Shown piece by piece: positions 10,430 through 20,500 of a DNA stretch of 64,000 nucleotides. This stretch comes from Candidatus Saccharimonadota bacterium (GTDB lineage: Bacteria; Patescibacteriota; Saccharimonadia; Saccharimonadales; UBA10212). Below the pieces are notes generated by a model. The model was not told the origin of the DNA. It worked only from the letters and a program-made list of their open reading frames with translations, and did not search any database. The stretch is taken from assembly GCA_025934715.1 (NCBI GenBank), contig JAICWR010000001.1, positions 8,387 to 72,386 on the forward strand. Direction: 5' to 3'. Position 1 is the first letter of the stretch; every line of letters starts with the position of its first letter. The position numbers were made by a program, and so were the translations under genes.

Positions 10430-11892
10430 TGGCCGTTAGCGAAGCGGTAAGAAAACAATACGTGCCGTCGATCGGCATTGAGACGCACGTCCAGCTCAAC
10501 ACTAACACCAAATTATTTTCGGCCGTCGGCAATGACGCCCGCGGAGCCCTGCCGAACAGCCTTATCAGCCACATTGACACCGCTATGCCTGGCGCGCTAC
10601 CGGTGTTGAACCGAGCGGCCATAGGGCTTTGTGTCCGGGCGGCACTGGCGCTGAACACCCAGCCGCAGAAATTCAGCCGGTTTGAGCGAAAACACTATTT
10701 TTATCCTGACTTGCCCAAGGGTTACCAGATAACCCAGTATGAAGCTCCGATTATAATTGGCGGATATTTGGACGTACCAGAGCAACATGGGAGTTTTAAA
10801 GTCGGGATTGAGCGGGCCAACCTTGAAGAAGACGCCGGCAAAAACACCCACCCCGAAAACGCCGATTATTCTCTGGTTGATTTAAACCGGGCCGGCACCC
10901 CGCTGCTGGAAGTCGTCAGCCAGCCGGATATCCATAGTCCCGCCCAAGCTAAAGCGTTTGCCAGGGAAATGTGGCTGACCATGAAGTATAGCGGTGTGAC
11001 TGACGGGGATTTGTATTTGGGCCAGGTCCGTTTTGACGTTAACATAAGTGTCAGCAAGGATTCTGGCAAGCTGGGCACACGGAGTGAAATCAAGAACCTC
11101 AATAGCTTTAGAATCGTCGAAAATGCTGTCGCTTACGAAATTGGCCGGCAGATCGAGCTACTCGAAAAAGGCCAAAAGGTAGTCCAAGAGACCCGCGGCT
11201 GGGACGAAGCCAAACAAAAAAGTCTCAGCCAGCGCGGTAAAGAAGAAGCCCAGGACTACCGCTATATGCCGGAGCCGGATATCCCGCCACTGGATCTGGA
11301 AGACGAATTCATAAAAGAGGCAGGAAAAGACTCGCCCAAATTACCAAATGACTATAGAGAGAGCTTTAAAGAACTAGGCATTGATCCAAAAAATATTGAA
11401 GATATTGTTTCAGTTCAAGACATGACCGAAGCTGTGCAGGATATAAAGACTAAAGCAGGACCTGCTCATGCTCGGAGAATCGCTTTCTGGCTTCATTGGA
11501 AGACTGGTATATACGAGGAAGAGGGAAGAGTTAAGCCGGCTCCCGTTGCCACCCTAATTAGCCTTGATCGTATGATTAAGTTGTCGCAAATGGTGGAGGA
11601 TAAGAGACTAAGCTCTACTGCGGCCAAGGATGTCTTTTATGAAATGATAAACGATAAAAGAGAACCGCAAGAGATTGCTGAATCTAAAAATCTTATTCAG
11701 GTTTCCGATGAAGGAGAAATTGAGAAAATCGTATCGGAGGTTTTGTCCCAAAACGCCAAAGCCGCTGAGGACGTTAAAAAAGGTGAGCTGAAAGCAATCG
11801 GGTTCCTGGTCGGCCAAGTCATGGCCAAAAGCCAGGGCAAAGCCAATCCTCAGTTGGCGCAAGATATCATAAAAAAGCAGTTGGGTTTGTGA
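10429..11892 (+). CDS. gatB: Asp/Glu-tRNA amidotransferase subunit B
   Basis: 487 aa with typical GatB N-terminus (IGIETHVQLNT..KLFS) and a C-terminal GatB/YqeY domain. Confidence 0.95.
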   Translation: MAVSEAVRKQYVPSIGIETHVQLNTNTKLFSAVGNDARGALPNSLISHIDTAMPGALPVLNRAAIGLCVRAALALNTQPQKFSRFERKHYFYPDLPKGYQITQYEAPIIIGGYLDVPEQHGSFKVGIERANLEEDAGKNTHPENADYSLVDLNRAGTPLLEVVSQPDIHSPAQAKAFAREMWLTMKYSGVTDGDLYLGQVRFDVNISVSKDSGKLGTRSEIKNLNSFRIVENAVAYEIGRQIELLEKGQKVVQETRGWDEAKQKSLSQRGKEEAQDYRYMPEPDIPPLDLEDEFIKEAGKDSPKLPNDYRESFKELGIDPKNIEDIVSVQDMTEAVQDIKTKAGPAHARRIAFWLHWKTGIYEEEGRVKPAPVATLISLDRMIKLSQMVEDKRLSSTAAKDVFYEMINDKREPQEIAESKNLIQVSDEGEIEKIVSEVLSQNAKAAEDVKKGELKAIGFLVGQVMAKSQGKANPQLAQDIIKKQLGL

Positions 11893-11943
11893 GAAAAGTA
11901 ATATATTTGCAAGCGCGCATAGGATAGGCTTATACTGCTAATT

Positions 11944-12204
11944 ATGGATACAGCGGCACAAGTTTTGCTAATTATAGTCAGCGCCGTGCTGGCGATTTTC
12001 CTGGCTTTTTTAATAGTGACGCTGATATACGTGATTAAGATTCTAAAGCAGGTCAAAAAGATCACGCATCACGCCGAGAACGTGGTCGATTCAGTCGAAG
12101 CTGCGACCTCGGCCTTTGAGCGGGCCGCTTCACCGCTGGCTGTGCTTAGGATCATCGGCAACATAATCGAGCAGACAGCTAGGGTAAGCAGAAAGAAGAG
12201 GTGA
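11944..12204 (+). CDS. small membrane protein (DUF948-like)
   Basis: 86 aa with a single N-terminal TM helix followed by an amphipathic helix. Paired with the downstream YtxH-like gene. Confidence 0.55.
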   Translation: MDTAAQVLLIIVSAVLAIFLAFLIVTLIYVIKILKQVKKITHHAENVVDSVEAATSAFERAASPLAVLRIIGNIIEQTARVSRKKR

Positions 12205-12206
12205 AT

Positions 12207-12623
12207 ATGGCTCTCAGACGCAATCCGCACACCGGACGTAAAGTGGCAATTGGCTCGGCGCTGGCCGGGGCCGCCGGGTATTTAGCCGGCATATTAACCG
12301 CGCCAAAGACGGGCGAACAGACCAGAAAAGACATCACAAACAAGGCGTCTGATATCGGCTCAGACACTGTTAGCCAACTACAAGACCTAGAGACTGAGCT
12401 CAAAGAAGTGATCAAAGCCACTAAGGTAAAAACTGTGGCTATGAGCTCCAGCGCCCGAACTGAGTTCAATGAAGCCGTGGTTAAAGCAAAGGATGCCCAG
12501 AACAAAGCCAGCCAAGTCATAAAGGCCGCTAAAGCCGGCGAGGCATCCGACCCTGATCTCAATAAAGCCGCCAAACAGGCTCGCCAGGCACTAAAGAACC
12601 TTAGCAAATTCCTCAAAAACTAA
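12207..12623 (+). CDS. YtxH-like general-stress-type protein
   Basis: N-terminal GSALAGAAGYLAGILTAPKTGEQTRKD matches the YtxH motif as I recall it. ATG at 12207; the track begins at GTG 12201. Confidence 0.6.
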   Translation: MALRRNPHTGRKVAIGSALAGAAGYLAGILTAPKTGEQTRKDITNKASDIGSDTVSQLQDLETELKEVIKATKVKTVAMSSSARTEFNEAVVKAKDAQNKASQVIKAAKAGEASDPDLNKAAKQARQALKNLSKFLKN

Positions 12624-12686
12624 AACCGCCTTTTTTACTACACTTACCCGACGTCCAGTCCGCCGGCTTGGCTTATAATAAAGCTA

Positions 12687-15600
12687 ATGGAAAAGGCGGT
12701 GGAAAAGCTGACAGCTGGTGATTATGTGCACCTGCATAACCATACACAGTATTCTTTATTAGACGGGCTGACCAAGATTCCGGCGCTGATGAACCGCGTC
12801 TCAGAACTGGGGATGCACTCTTTGGCCATCACAGACCACGGCACAATGAGCGGTGTGATTGATTTTTACAAAGCCGCCGAAGCGGCCGGCATAAACCCGA
12901 TAATCGGTATGGAGGCCTACATATCGCCGCGGAAGATGTCGGATAAGGATCCAGCTAAAGACCGCCAACACTATCATCTGACTCTGCTGGCTATGAATAA
13001 CCGGGGCTACCAGAACCTAATGGCCTTATCAACTATAGCCAATCTAGAAGGCTTTTATTACAGGCCGCGCATCGATCGTGAAACCCTTAAAAAATATAGC
13101 GCAGGATTGATAGTTCTGAGTGGCTGCATCGGCGGGGAGCTCAGTGATGCCCTGCGCCAGGAACAGTACGATTCGGCAAAGAAAATCGCCCGGTGGTACA
13201 AAGGCGTGTTTGGCGACCGTTATTACATAGAGCTGCAGGACCATGGCCATCCTGAGCACCCCTCTGCGTGGGACGAGCAGGATAAGGTTAACCAGCAACT
13301 GCTGAAACTGGCAGGCGAACTGGAGATCCAGCCTGTGGTCACTTGCGATGCCCACTACCTGAAACACGAAGACCAGGAGGCTCACGAAATTTTACTGTGT
13401 ATCCAAACCGGCGCTTTCTTAAGCGACGATGAGCGCTTCAGCCTGAAAGACTTTGAATTGCATGTGGCGGATCCTAAAGACGTCATTAAACGCTGGGGTA
13501 AAAAACACCCGGAGCTGATAACTAACTCAGCTAAAATCGCCGCCAGGTGCAAGGTCCAAATAGAGCTGGGCAAGATTCTCATACCTAAATTCCCAACCCC
13601 AAAAGGCATGGACGAAAAAAGCTATCTGGAGCAGCTGACCTGGCAGGGGCTGGCCTGGCGTTATGCGGGTGTCGCAAGGGAAAGTTTGGGTAAGTTATCT
13701 GTTAAAAAAGCCCAAGGGATGCTTGGCAAAGAAATCATTGACCGGGCCGAATATGAGCTTAGTGTCGTTAATAAGATGGGCTTTAACGGCTACTTTTTGA
13801 TCGTCCAGGATTTCATTAACTGGGGGAAGGACCGGGGTATCGTATTTGGTCCCGGGCGCGGCAGCGCTGCTAGTTCGATTTTAGCCTACGCCCTGCGCAT
13901 CACAGATATAGACCCGCTTAAGTACGACCTGCTTTTTGAGCGTTTCTTGAATCCCGACCGGATCAGCATGCCGGACATGGACATAGATATTCAGGACAGC
14001 CGCCGCGACGAGGTCATTAACTACTGTATCGAAAAATACGGCCACGACCGGGTGGCGAACATCGTTACTTTTGGCCGGATGGCCGCCCGCAACTCGGTGC
14101 GCGATGTCGCCAGAGTGCTACAAGTGCCCTATGCGGAGGCCGACCGGTACGCAAAAATGATTCCACCGCCAGTGCAGGGGCGCCACACTCCATTAAGCAC
14201 CCATCTTAAGCAAGTGCCCGAGCTCAAGGCCGAATACGCAAAAGTCCATTCTAAAAAGGTCTTCGACCTGGCCGTTCACTTAGAAGGCACTATTCGTAGC
14301 CACGGCGTGCATGCCGCGGGCGTGGTTATAGCGCCGGCCGACATCGTCAACTACGTGCCGCTGGAACTTGCCCAGAAAGGGGTGGTCGCCACCCAGTACT
14401 CGATGGGGCCAGTCGAGGACCTGGGCCTGTTAAAAATAGATTTTCTCGGCCTTTCCAACCTGACCATCATTAAAAACACGCTGCGTATAGTCAAAAAAGT
14501 CTACGGCAAAGATATTGATATCAGCCAGATCCCGCTTGATGACAAAGAGACTTTCGGCTTACTGCAAAAGGCTGATACAACCGGGGTGTTCCAGCTGGAA
14601 TCCGCCGGCATGCGCCGTTATCTCAAGCAATTGAAGCCGACTGTCTTTGAAGATATCATCGCAATGGTCGCTCTATACCGGCCCGGCCCGATGCAATGGA
14701 TCGATGATTTCATCGCCCGCAAACACGGCTTGCGAAAAATTGAATACATACACCCGCTGATGCAATCAGCCCTTGAGAACACTTACGGCGTTATTGTCTA
14801 CCAGGAACAGGTTATGCAAATAAGCAAAGACCTGTGCGGTTTCAGCGGCGGCCAGGCCGACACGCTGCGCAAGGCGATCGGTAAGAAAATCCCAGAAGTC
14901 ATGGCCAAGCTGAAAGAGGAATTCATTGAGGGGGCCGTCAAGCATTCCAAAGCTGACCGGAAAAGTATGGAGAAATTCTGGACCCAGCTAGAAGACTTCG
15001 CGGCCTATTGCTTCAATAAGGTGCACTCCGCCTGTTACGCGCTGATCGCCTATCAAACAGCCTACCTCAAAGCCCATTACCCGGACGCCTATATGGCCGC
15101 GCTGATGACAAGCGACTATGATAACACTGACCGGTTGGCGATTGAGATAACCGAATGCCGCCATATGGGTATCGAGGTTTTACCGCCGGACGTCAACGAG
15201 TCTTTCCATGAGTTCGGCGTGTTGGGCGGCCAAAACAAAATCCGTTACGGGCTGGATGCCATTAAAAACGTCGGGCACGGCGCCGCCGAAGAAATTTTAC
15301 GGGCCCGGGCAGAATCAGGGGGCCGTCTTGCCACGTTAGGCGACTATTGCCGTTTGGTCAGCCCGCGGATCGTTAACCGTAAAGCCCTTGAAAGCCTAAT
15401 CAAGGCCGGCGCTTTTGATAGTTTTGGCGACCGCAGTTCACTTGTCGACAACATTGATAACATCCTGGCCTTTTCAGTGAAGGTGCAAAAAGAAGCGGCT
15501 GCCGGCCAAGTGGACTTGTTCGGTGGAAGCAGCGATGATAAATTTGCGCCGGCTTTTGAGTTTGAGAAAACGGCCCCGGAATATCCGGTGTCGCAGCAAC

Positions 15601-16280
15601 TGGCTTGGGAGCGCGAACTACTAGGGCTATATCTTAGCCATAATCCGCTAGAGCCGTACCAGAAAACCTTAGCGAACATAGCCATGCCGATTAGCGCAAT
15701 AACCCGTGAGAACGATGGTACATCTGTGGCCATCGGCGGTTCGATCACAGAAGCGCGGGAGATCTCGACCAAGAACGGAGCTAAGATGTCCTTTTGCCAA
15801 TTAGCGGATAACGCTGCCAGCATAGAAATCGTCGTTTTCCCCAAACTATACGCCCTGACGGCAGAGCTATGGCGGCGTGATAATGTACTGGTGGTCCGCG
15901 GCAAAGTGGATTACAGCCGGAGCGATGAGCCTAAGCTGCTGGCCGAAGAGGTCGCCAGGATAAATGAAGATGGCATGGATGATTTTATTAAAAAACCTGG
16001 CGGTAGGGCCCGTCCGGCAAATGACAGCGCTGCTGAAACTTTGCAGCACTTCGCCAAACAACGGCTCTACATCCGTATGGCAAATACCCAGGACCAGCCT
16101 CTTCTGATGACGCTTAAAGAGAAAATCGATGGGCACAGCGGTGAAACCGAAGTGGTGCTGGTCACTGGCGCAAACGATCAAAAGCAGGTCATTAAACTCC
16201 CCCAAATGATTGAAGTTAACGAGCAGAGCTTACGGGAGCTGGCGGGAATATTCGGCTCCACGAACGTCGTGGTCAAATAG
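12687..16280 (+). CDS. dnaE: DNA polymerase III alpha subunit
   Basis: 1197 aa with N-terminal PHP domain (HLHNHTQYSLLDG), polymerase core and a C-terminal OB-fold region. Confidence 0.97.
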   Translation: MEKAVEKLTAGDYVHLHNHTQYSLLDGLTKIPALMNRVSELGMHSLAITDHGTMSGVIDFYKAAEAAGINPIIGMEAYISPRKMSDKDPAKDRQHYHLTLLAMNNRGYQNLMALSTIANLEGFYYRPRIDRETLKKYSAGLIVLSGCIGGELSDALRQEQYDSAKKIARWYKGVFGDRYYIELQDHGHPEHPSAWDEQDKVNQQLLKLAGELEIQPVVTCDAHYLKHEDQEAHEILLCIQTGAFLSDDERFSLKDFELHVADPKDVIKRWGKKHPELITNSAKIAARCKVQIELGKILIPKFPTPKGMDEKSYLEQLTWQGLAWRYAGVARESLGKLSVKKAQGMLGKEIIDRAEYELSVVNKMGFNGYFLIVQDFINWGKDRGIVFGPGRGSAASSILAYALRITDIDPLKYDLLFERFLNPDRISMPDMDIDIQDSRRDEVINYCIEKYGHDRVANIVTFGRMAARNSVRDVARVLQVPYAEADRYAKMIPPPVQGRHTPLSTHLKQVPELKAEYAKVHSKKVFDLAVHLEGTIRSHGVHAAGVVIAPADIVNYVPLELAQKGVVATQYSMGPVEDLGLLKIDFLGLSNLTIIKNTLRIVKKVYGKDIDISQIPLDDKETFGLLQKADTTGVFQLESAGMRRYLKQLKPTVFEDIIAMVALYRPGPMQWIDDFIARKHGLRKIEYIHPLMQSALENTYGVIVYQEQVMQISKDLCGFSGGQADTLRKAIGKKIPEVMAKLKEEFIEGAVKHSKADRKSMEKFWTQLEDFAAYCFNKVHSACYALIAYQTAYLKAHYPDAYMAALMTSDYDNTDRLAIEITECRHMGIEVLPPDVNESFHEFGVLGGQNKIRYGLDAIKNVGHGAAEEILRARAESGGRLATLGDYCRLVSPRIVNRKALESLIKAGAFDSFGDRSSLVDNIDNILAFSVKVQKEAAAGQVDLFGGSSDDKFAPAFEFEKTAPEYPVSQQLAWERELLGLYLSHNPLEPYQKTLANIAMPISAITRENDGTSVAIGGSITEAREISTKNGAKMSFCQLADNAASIEIVVFPKLYALTAELWRRDNVLVVRGKVDYSRSDEPKLLAEEVARINEDGMDDFIKKPGGRARPANDSAAETLQHFAKQRLYIRMANTQDQPLLMTLKEKIDGHSGETEVVLVTGANDQKQVIKLPQMIEVNEQSLRELAGIFGSTNVVVK

Positions 16281-17309
16281 CTATTGGATGAGCCCCGCGG
16301 TTTGGCTGAGGATGAATAGCAGGCAGCCGATCACCAGGATGCCGATATCCGTGAGCGGATGGCGGATAGCATAGTGCTCGCCTTTTAAGAAGAATTTACG
16401 CAGCGCCCTCAAATGGCGGCTGGCCCAATAGCCGAGCAATAATATAGCGACGATAATCGTGGGTCCAGAGGCATCCGCCGGCACTTTAGAGCTGGCCAGC
16501 GCCACTTGCGCCCGGGTTGTTTTAACCGGAGGCGCCGTTTTATTCGTGGTGGTGTTAGTGGCCACCGGCTGTGCTTTGGGTTTAGCCGCCAACGCTGGCT
16601 TCGCCGGCTTAGCGGCCGGCGGTGAAGTCGTTGTTGGCTGTGAAGCCACGGGAGTGGGGGTGGGCGCCGGAGCGGATTTAGTTGGGGTCGCCGCGGCTAA
16701 AACTTGAGGTTCCCCGTAAAAAGCGACGACGATTGTCATTGGACCACCGCCGGCCGCCGTGTAATTGGGGTCATTGGCGAACCCGAAGCCGACATCTTTG
16801 AAAGATGGGTCGAGCATATTTGCACGATGCTCAGGGCTGGCCATCCAGCCGTTGATTGTGGATTGTTCATCACTGAATCCAGTCGCCAGGTTCTGTCCCA
16901 GCTTTTCATAGGCGTAACCCTGGTTAGTCACCCAAATCCATGGCGGATTGCCATCTGGCGTATAGTGGCTCCAATAATCACGCGCGACCATGTCGTCGGC
17001 GTTAGCCTGGGCGGCGGTATCTAGTTTGCTATTCAGTTTAAGCGACGCCACGCCGTTTGCCGACCTCGCGGCGTTGGTGTCAGATAGTAAGCCGCTGATG
17101 CTCATAGAAGTGGAATAACTCAGTACTCTGCCAAAGGGATGGCGGGCGTAAGCCTGCAGGCTGCCGGTGTTCGACCCGATGATCAATAACAAGCTGACCA
17201 CCAAGACTATAGGGATGTAAGGCCAATAAACCCGCTCAAAGGCTCTTTTATGGACACCTTTAGGTTTAGTTTGATGGCCGTCAGCCGGCCGGCTTTTTAT
17301 TTTTGCCAT
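16281..17309 (-). CDS. membrane-anchored CAP/SCP (PR-1-like) domain protein with Pro/Thr/Ala-rich linker
   Basis: CAP-domain motifs (YWSHYTPDG.., GWMASPEHRANML, VGFGFA), an N-terminal TM helix, a low-complexity P/T/A/K linker and C-terminal TM helices. Confidence 0.8.
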   Translation of the reverse strand: MAKIKSRPADGHQTKPKGVHKRAFERVYWPYIPIVLVVSLLLIIGSNTGSLQAYARHPFGRVLSYSTSMSISGLLSDTNAARSANGVASLKLNSKLDTAAQANADDMVARDYWSHYTPDGNPPWIWVTNQGYAYEKLGQNLATGFSDEQSTINGWMASPEHRANMLDPSFKDVGFGFANDPNYTAAGGGPMTIVVAFYGEPQVLAAATPTKSAPAPTPTPVASQPTTTSPPAAKPAKPALAAKPKAQPVATNTTTNKTAPPVKTTRAQVALASSKVPADASGPTIIVAILLLGYWASRHLRALRKFFLKGEHYAIRHPLTDIGILVIGCLLFILSQTAGLIQ

Positions 17310-17396
17310 TTTTTATCTGCCTAAACTTTCCATAATATTATGCATTGATGTGCAAAATAACTCAACCTAACGGAAAGTTTGGCAGCCGAAGTAAAC

Positions 17397-17936
17397 TTAA
17401 GAAGGGTTTTTGTCCAGGTGCCTAAGATGGTATAGGGCTATGGCGGCGGCCACTGACACATTAAAAGATTCTTTGGCGCCCATCATCGGAATCTGCAGCT
17501 GCATGTCCGTTAATTTCAAAGCTGGACCATCCAGTCCATCAACCTCGTTGCCCACAACCAAAGCCACTGCATCGCCCGGATGAAAGTCCGCCAAATCGCC
17601 GGCGGCGGCTGTTTGTTCCAGCGCGATAATCATAAATCCTTGGCCGGCTAATTCGTCCACACATTCCTGCAAATCACCATAATGCTTCCAAGCAAGGCTC
17701 TTTTCGGCCCCCAGCGCCGTTTTAGCGATGGCAGCTGATGCTTTGCGGCGGACATGCGGCGGCCGTTCATCAGCCGGCGCTTCCGGGTATGGAGTGTAAC
17801 CGGTAAATATGACCTGCTCGACGCCCATCCCATCAGCCGTACGCAGCAGGCTGCCGACATTGTGCGCTGAGCGTACATTGTGCACGATTAAGGCAAGTCT
17901 ACGGTTTGGGACTGACATTTGTGGTTTACCATACAA
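17397..17936 (-). CDS. SpoU/TrmH-family RNA 2'-O-methyltransferase
   Basis: 179 aa with SpoU motifs (HNVGSLLRTADG, LVVGNEVDG, IPMMGAKESFNVSVAAAI). Confidence 0.85.
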   Translation of the reverse strand: MYGKPQMSVPNRRLALIVHNVRSAHNVGSLLRTADGMGVEQVIFTGYTPYPEAPADERPPHVRRKASAAIAKTALGAEKSLAWKHYGDLQECVDELAGQGFMIIALEQTAAAGDLADFHPGDAVALVVGNEVDGLDGPALKLTDMQLQIPMMGAKESFNVSVAAAIALYHLRHLDKNPS

Positions 17937-17994
17937 TATCTAACGGTGGTTTACCACTCATCAGAGGTGGCTAAAACCGGTATAATGCTTACGT

Positions 17995-19602
17995 ATGCAA
18001 AGCGTGCGGCTGCAGGAGGAACAGATCACCGCCCAGCGGGCCCAAGTGCTGGGCCTTGATTATGTTGACACCTCTCAAATTCAGAAGCAGTTGTTTAAGA
18101 ATATCCTGCCGGTGCCTGAGCTGTATAAGCTGAAAATAGTACCGCTGGCCGCCGACGAGCACTACATCCAGTTCGGCATAACCACCACCACCTCCCAGCA
18201 GACGCTTAATAGCCTGCGCCAGCGTTTCAGCGACCAGCGAGTGACTTTCTCAATCATCTCTGATAGCGGCTACCGCGAATACATGGCTTTATATGACCCG
18301 CCAAAAAAGGTCGAATACGAGAACATTAAAATCACGTCCGATAAGGATACGAACGACAGCCAAGATATAATTGGACGCGTCAGCCAGACCCTTGAGCAGG
18401 TCAGGCCTGACGATATGCTGGCTTACTTAGTCCAGCAGGCTTACGCCCTAAAAGCCAGCGACATACATATGGAGTCGCAAAAAGACAACGTCCGGGTGCG
18501 TTTCAGAGTCGATGGAGTGCTACACCCGGTGGCCTATATCAGCGCGGAAAAATACCGGCACCTCGCCGCCTCCATAGCCAGCGCCGCCAATATCTCAACC
18601 AATGTCAGCGAACCCCAAAACGGCCATATCAGCCGCGAATACCGTTTAGCCACCGGTGAAGCCGTGACCGTCAATTTGCGTGTCGAAGCCGTGACGACCG
18701 TCCATGGTATAGACATTGTGATGCGCTTGTTCAACATGAAGCTGGAGATGCTCAAACTCGAAAACCTCGGCCTTAGTGAAGCTGAATCAAAGGTCGTGAA
18801 CGAGGTCATCCGGCACCCGACGGGCATGGTTCTAGTCGTCGGGCCGACAGGATCGGGCAAAACAACGACCCTCTATTCGATCATCAATACGCTGAATACG
18901 CCAGAGCGCAAAATCATCACGCTGGAAGACCCGGTGGAGTACAATATGCCCGGCATCATCCAAATCCCGGTGGAGGGAGAGCTAGAGGGACACGATTTCG
19001 CGGAGCGGCTCAGAGCTGTGCTAAGGCTGGACCCAGACGTCGTGATGGTTGGCGAGATCCGTGACCAGGACACGGCTAAAACCGCATTGCAAGGCGCGCT
19101 GACCGGGCATTTAGTGCTGAGCACATTTCACGGCTCTAGCGCCGCCGCCGCAATAACGCGTATGGCCGATATGGTCGGTATCAACCCTTTATTCGCCAGC
19201 GCCATGCATCTGGTGATGGCCCAGCGTCTGGTTCGACGGCTGGACGACAAGACCAAGCAGCCCTACCAGCCGGATGAGAACCTGAAAAGCAGGTTAAAAG
19301 CCGTCATCGACGGGCTGCCTCCGGGCACTGAGCGCCCTGACATCAATAGCCTAACCCTGTTTAAGCCGGGTAATTCGGCTGAAAACCCGTTCGGCTACGC
19401 CGGCCAGCTGGCCGTCCGCGAACAGCTGGTCATGACGCCGGGGGTGCAGCAATTGCTGCGCTTACCGCCCAACCAAATAACCACAACCGGCCTTCAGGCA
19501 AAAGCAGTCGAAGAGGGCATGCGCACCATGCTGCAGGACGGCGTGCTTAAAGCCATTGCCGGCCTAACGACAATCGAAGAAGTTTACCGTGTGACCGAGT
19601 AG
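17995..19602 (+). CDS. type IV pilus assembly / type II secretion ATPase (PilB/GspE family)
   Basis: 535 aa with Walker A GPTGSGKTTT, Asp box, Walker B and His box typical of GspE/PilB. Confidence 0.85.
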   Translation: MQSVRLQEEQITAQRAQVLGLDYVDTSQIQKQLFKNILPVPELYKLKIVPLAADEHYIQFGITTTTSQQTLNSLRQRFSDQRVTFSIISDSGYREYMALYDPPKKVEYENIKITSDKDTNDSQDIIGRVSQTLEQVRPDDMLAYLVQQAYALKASDIHMESQKDNVRVRFRVDGVLHPVAYISAEKYRHLAASIASAANISTNVSEPQNGHISREYRLATGEAVTVNLRVEAVTTVHGIDIVMRLFNMKLEMLKLENLGLSEAESKVVNEVIRHPTGMVLVVGPTGSGKTTTLYSIINTLNTPERKIITLEDPVEYNMPGIIQIPVEGELEGHDFAERLRAVLRLDPDVVMVGEIRDQDTAKTALQGALTGHLVLSTFHGSSAAAAITRMADMVGINPLFASAMHLVMAQRLVRRLDDKTKQPYQPDENLKSRLKAVIDGLPPGTERPDINSLTLFKPGNSAENPFGYAGQLAVREQLVMTPGVQQLLRLPPNQITTTGLQAKAVEEGMRTMLQDGVLKAIAGLTTIEEVYRVTE

Positions 19603-19605
19603 GGG

Positions 19606-19634
19606 TTGAAAATAAGGGGTTAATGGTCTAAAAT
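19606..19634 (+). promoter_or_regulatory. sigma70-like promoter upstream of rplS
   Basis: TTGAAA (19606..19611), 17-nt spacer, TAAAAT (19629..19634). The rplS ATG lies 9 nt downstream of the -10 box. Confidence 0.5.
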
Positions 19635-19643
19635 TTACAGGTT

Positions 19644-20234
19644 ATGGCAAGTGTTGCAGAGCTGATTAGCGCTAAGCAGAAAAAGAAAGCCGTGGTCGAT
19701 GTACGTCCTGGTGACACTGTGCGCGTACACCAAAAAATCCGCGAAGGCGGCAAAGAGCGCATCCAGGTCTTCGAGGGCCTCGTCATTAAAGTATCACGTA
19801 AAAACAGCCTAACCAGCCGTTTTTTGGTCCGGCGCATCGCCAGCGGCATCGGCGTGGAAAAAAGTTTTTTAATCCACTCGCCGGCTATATTAAAAGTTGA
19901 AGTAGTCCGCCGGGCAAAAGTCCGCCGCAACTACATGACATACATGAGAGAACTCACTGGCAAGAGCGCCCGCCTAATGGGCGTCGATTTTGATAAAGAA
20001 GCGGTTAATGCCATCCACGACGAAGCCGCCGAAGCCGAAGAGGAGCGAATCCACGAAGAGCAAGTCGAAGCTTACGACCCCGAGTCCGCCAAGGCCGAAA
20101 AAGAAGCCGAGAAGGCCGAGGCCGATGCTGCCACGGCCGATGAACCAAAGTCCGAAGCCGCCAAAATCGAAGACCAGCCAAAAGAAAAGGCCGAAGCCAA
20201 AGCCCCAGCCCCCGAGCAAAACAAAGAAAAATAG
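19644..20234 (+). CDS. rplS: 50S ribosomal protein L19 with ~80-aa acidic/Lys-rich C-terminal extension
   Basis: L19 core (VRVHQKIREGGKERIQVFEGLVI..IHSPAILKVEVVRR) followed by a low-complexity E/A/K tail. Confidence 0.93.
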   Translation: MASVAELISAKQKKKAVVDVRPGDTVRVHQKIREGGKERIQVFEGLVIKVSRKNSLTSRFLVRRIASGIGVEKSFLIHSPAILKVEVVRRAKVRRNYMTYMRELTGKSARLMGVDFDKEAVNAIHDEAAEAEEERIHEEQVEAYDPESAKAEKEAEKAEADAATADEPKSEAAKIEDQPKEKAEAKAPAPEQNKEK

Positions 20235-20465
20235 CTCGCCCCTGTCTTCTCCGAACGCGTCGCCAACACAGATGCATCCGTCGTCAAAAACAGGCTTGCA
20301 AAAGAACTCCTCATAAAAACAGTTCCCAGTTGTTTGTCTTCGTCAGACAAGCTTTTGCACCAAGGGCGCCACTTTTTCACGACATCTACTCAGGTTGGCT
20401 CCTTATTGTTTGTCAAAGACAGGGGCTCGCTTACCGAAAGAAATAGACAGCCCGTCAAATATACT

Positions 20466-20494
20466 TTGACATAACTTGTATATTGTGATATTAT
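20466..20494 (+). promoter_or_regulatory. near-consensus sigma70 promoter driving the ncRNA locus
   Basis: TTGACA (20466..20471), exactly 17-nt spacer, TATTAT (20489..20494). Confidence 0.6.
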
Positions 20495-20500
20495 AACTTC

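Noticed and set aside
15344-15904. Long antisense or alternate-frame ORFs inside large genes, for example 15344..15904(-) in dnaE, 50515..51278(-) in rpoB, 52339..52779(-) in rpoC, 25352..26502(-) in nusA and 8627..9121(-) in gatA.
   Set aside because: These are shadow ORFs typical of GC-rich coding DNA. Their translations are low-complexity (S/R/P/A-rich) and they fully overlap confidently identified genes.
16459-17024. Plus-strand ORFs 16459..16707 and 16704..17024.
   Set aside because: They are antisense to the CAP-domain gene, partly across its repetitive Pro/Thr/Ala linker. There are no start signals or recognisable features.
19974-20380. ORFs 19990..20316(+), 19974..20219(-), 20005..20277(-) and 20072..20380(-).
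   Set aside because: These are artefacts of the low-complexity GAA/GCC/AAG-rich sequence encoding the L19 C-terminal tail.
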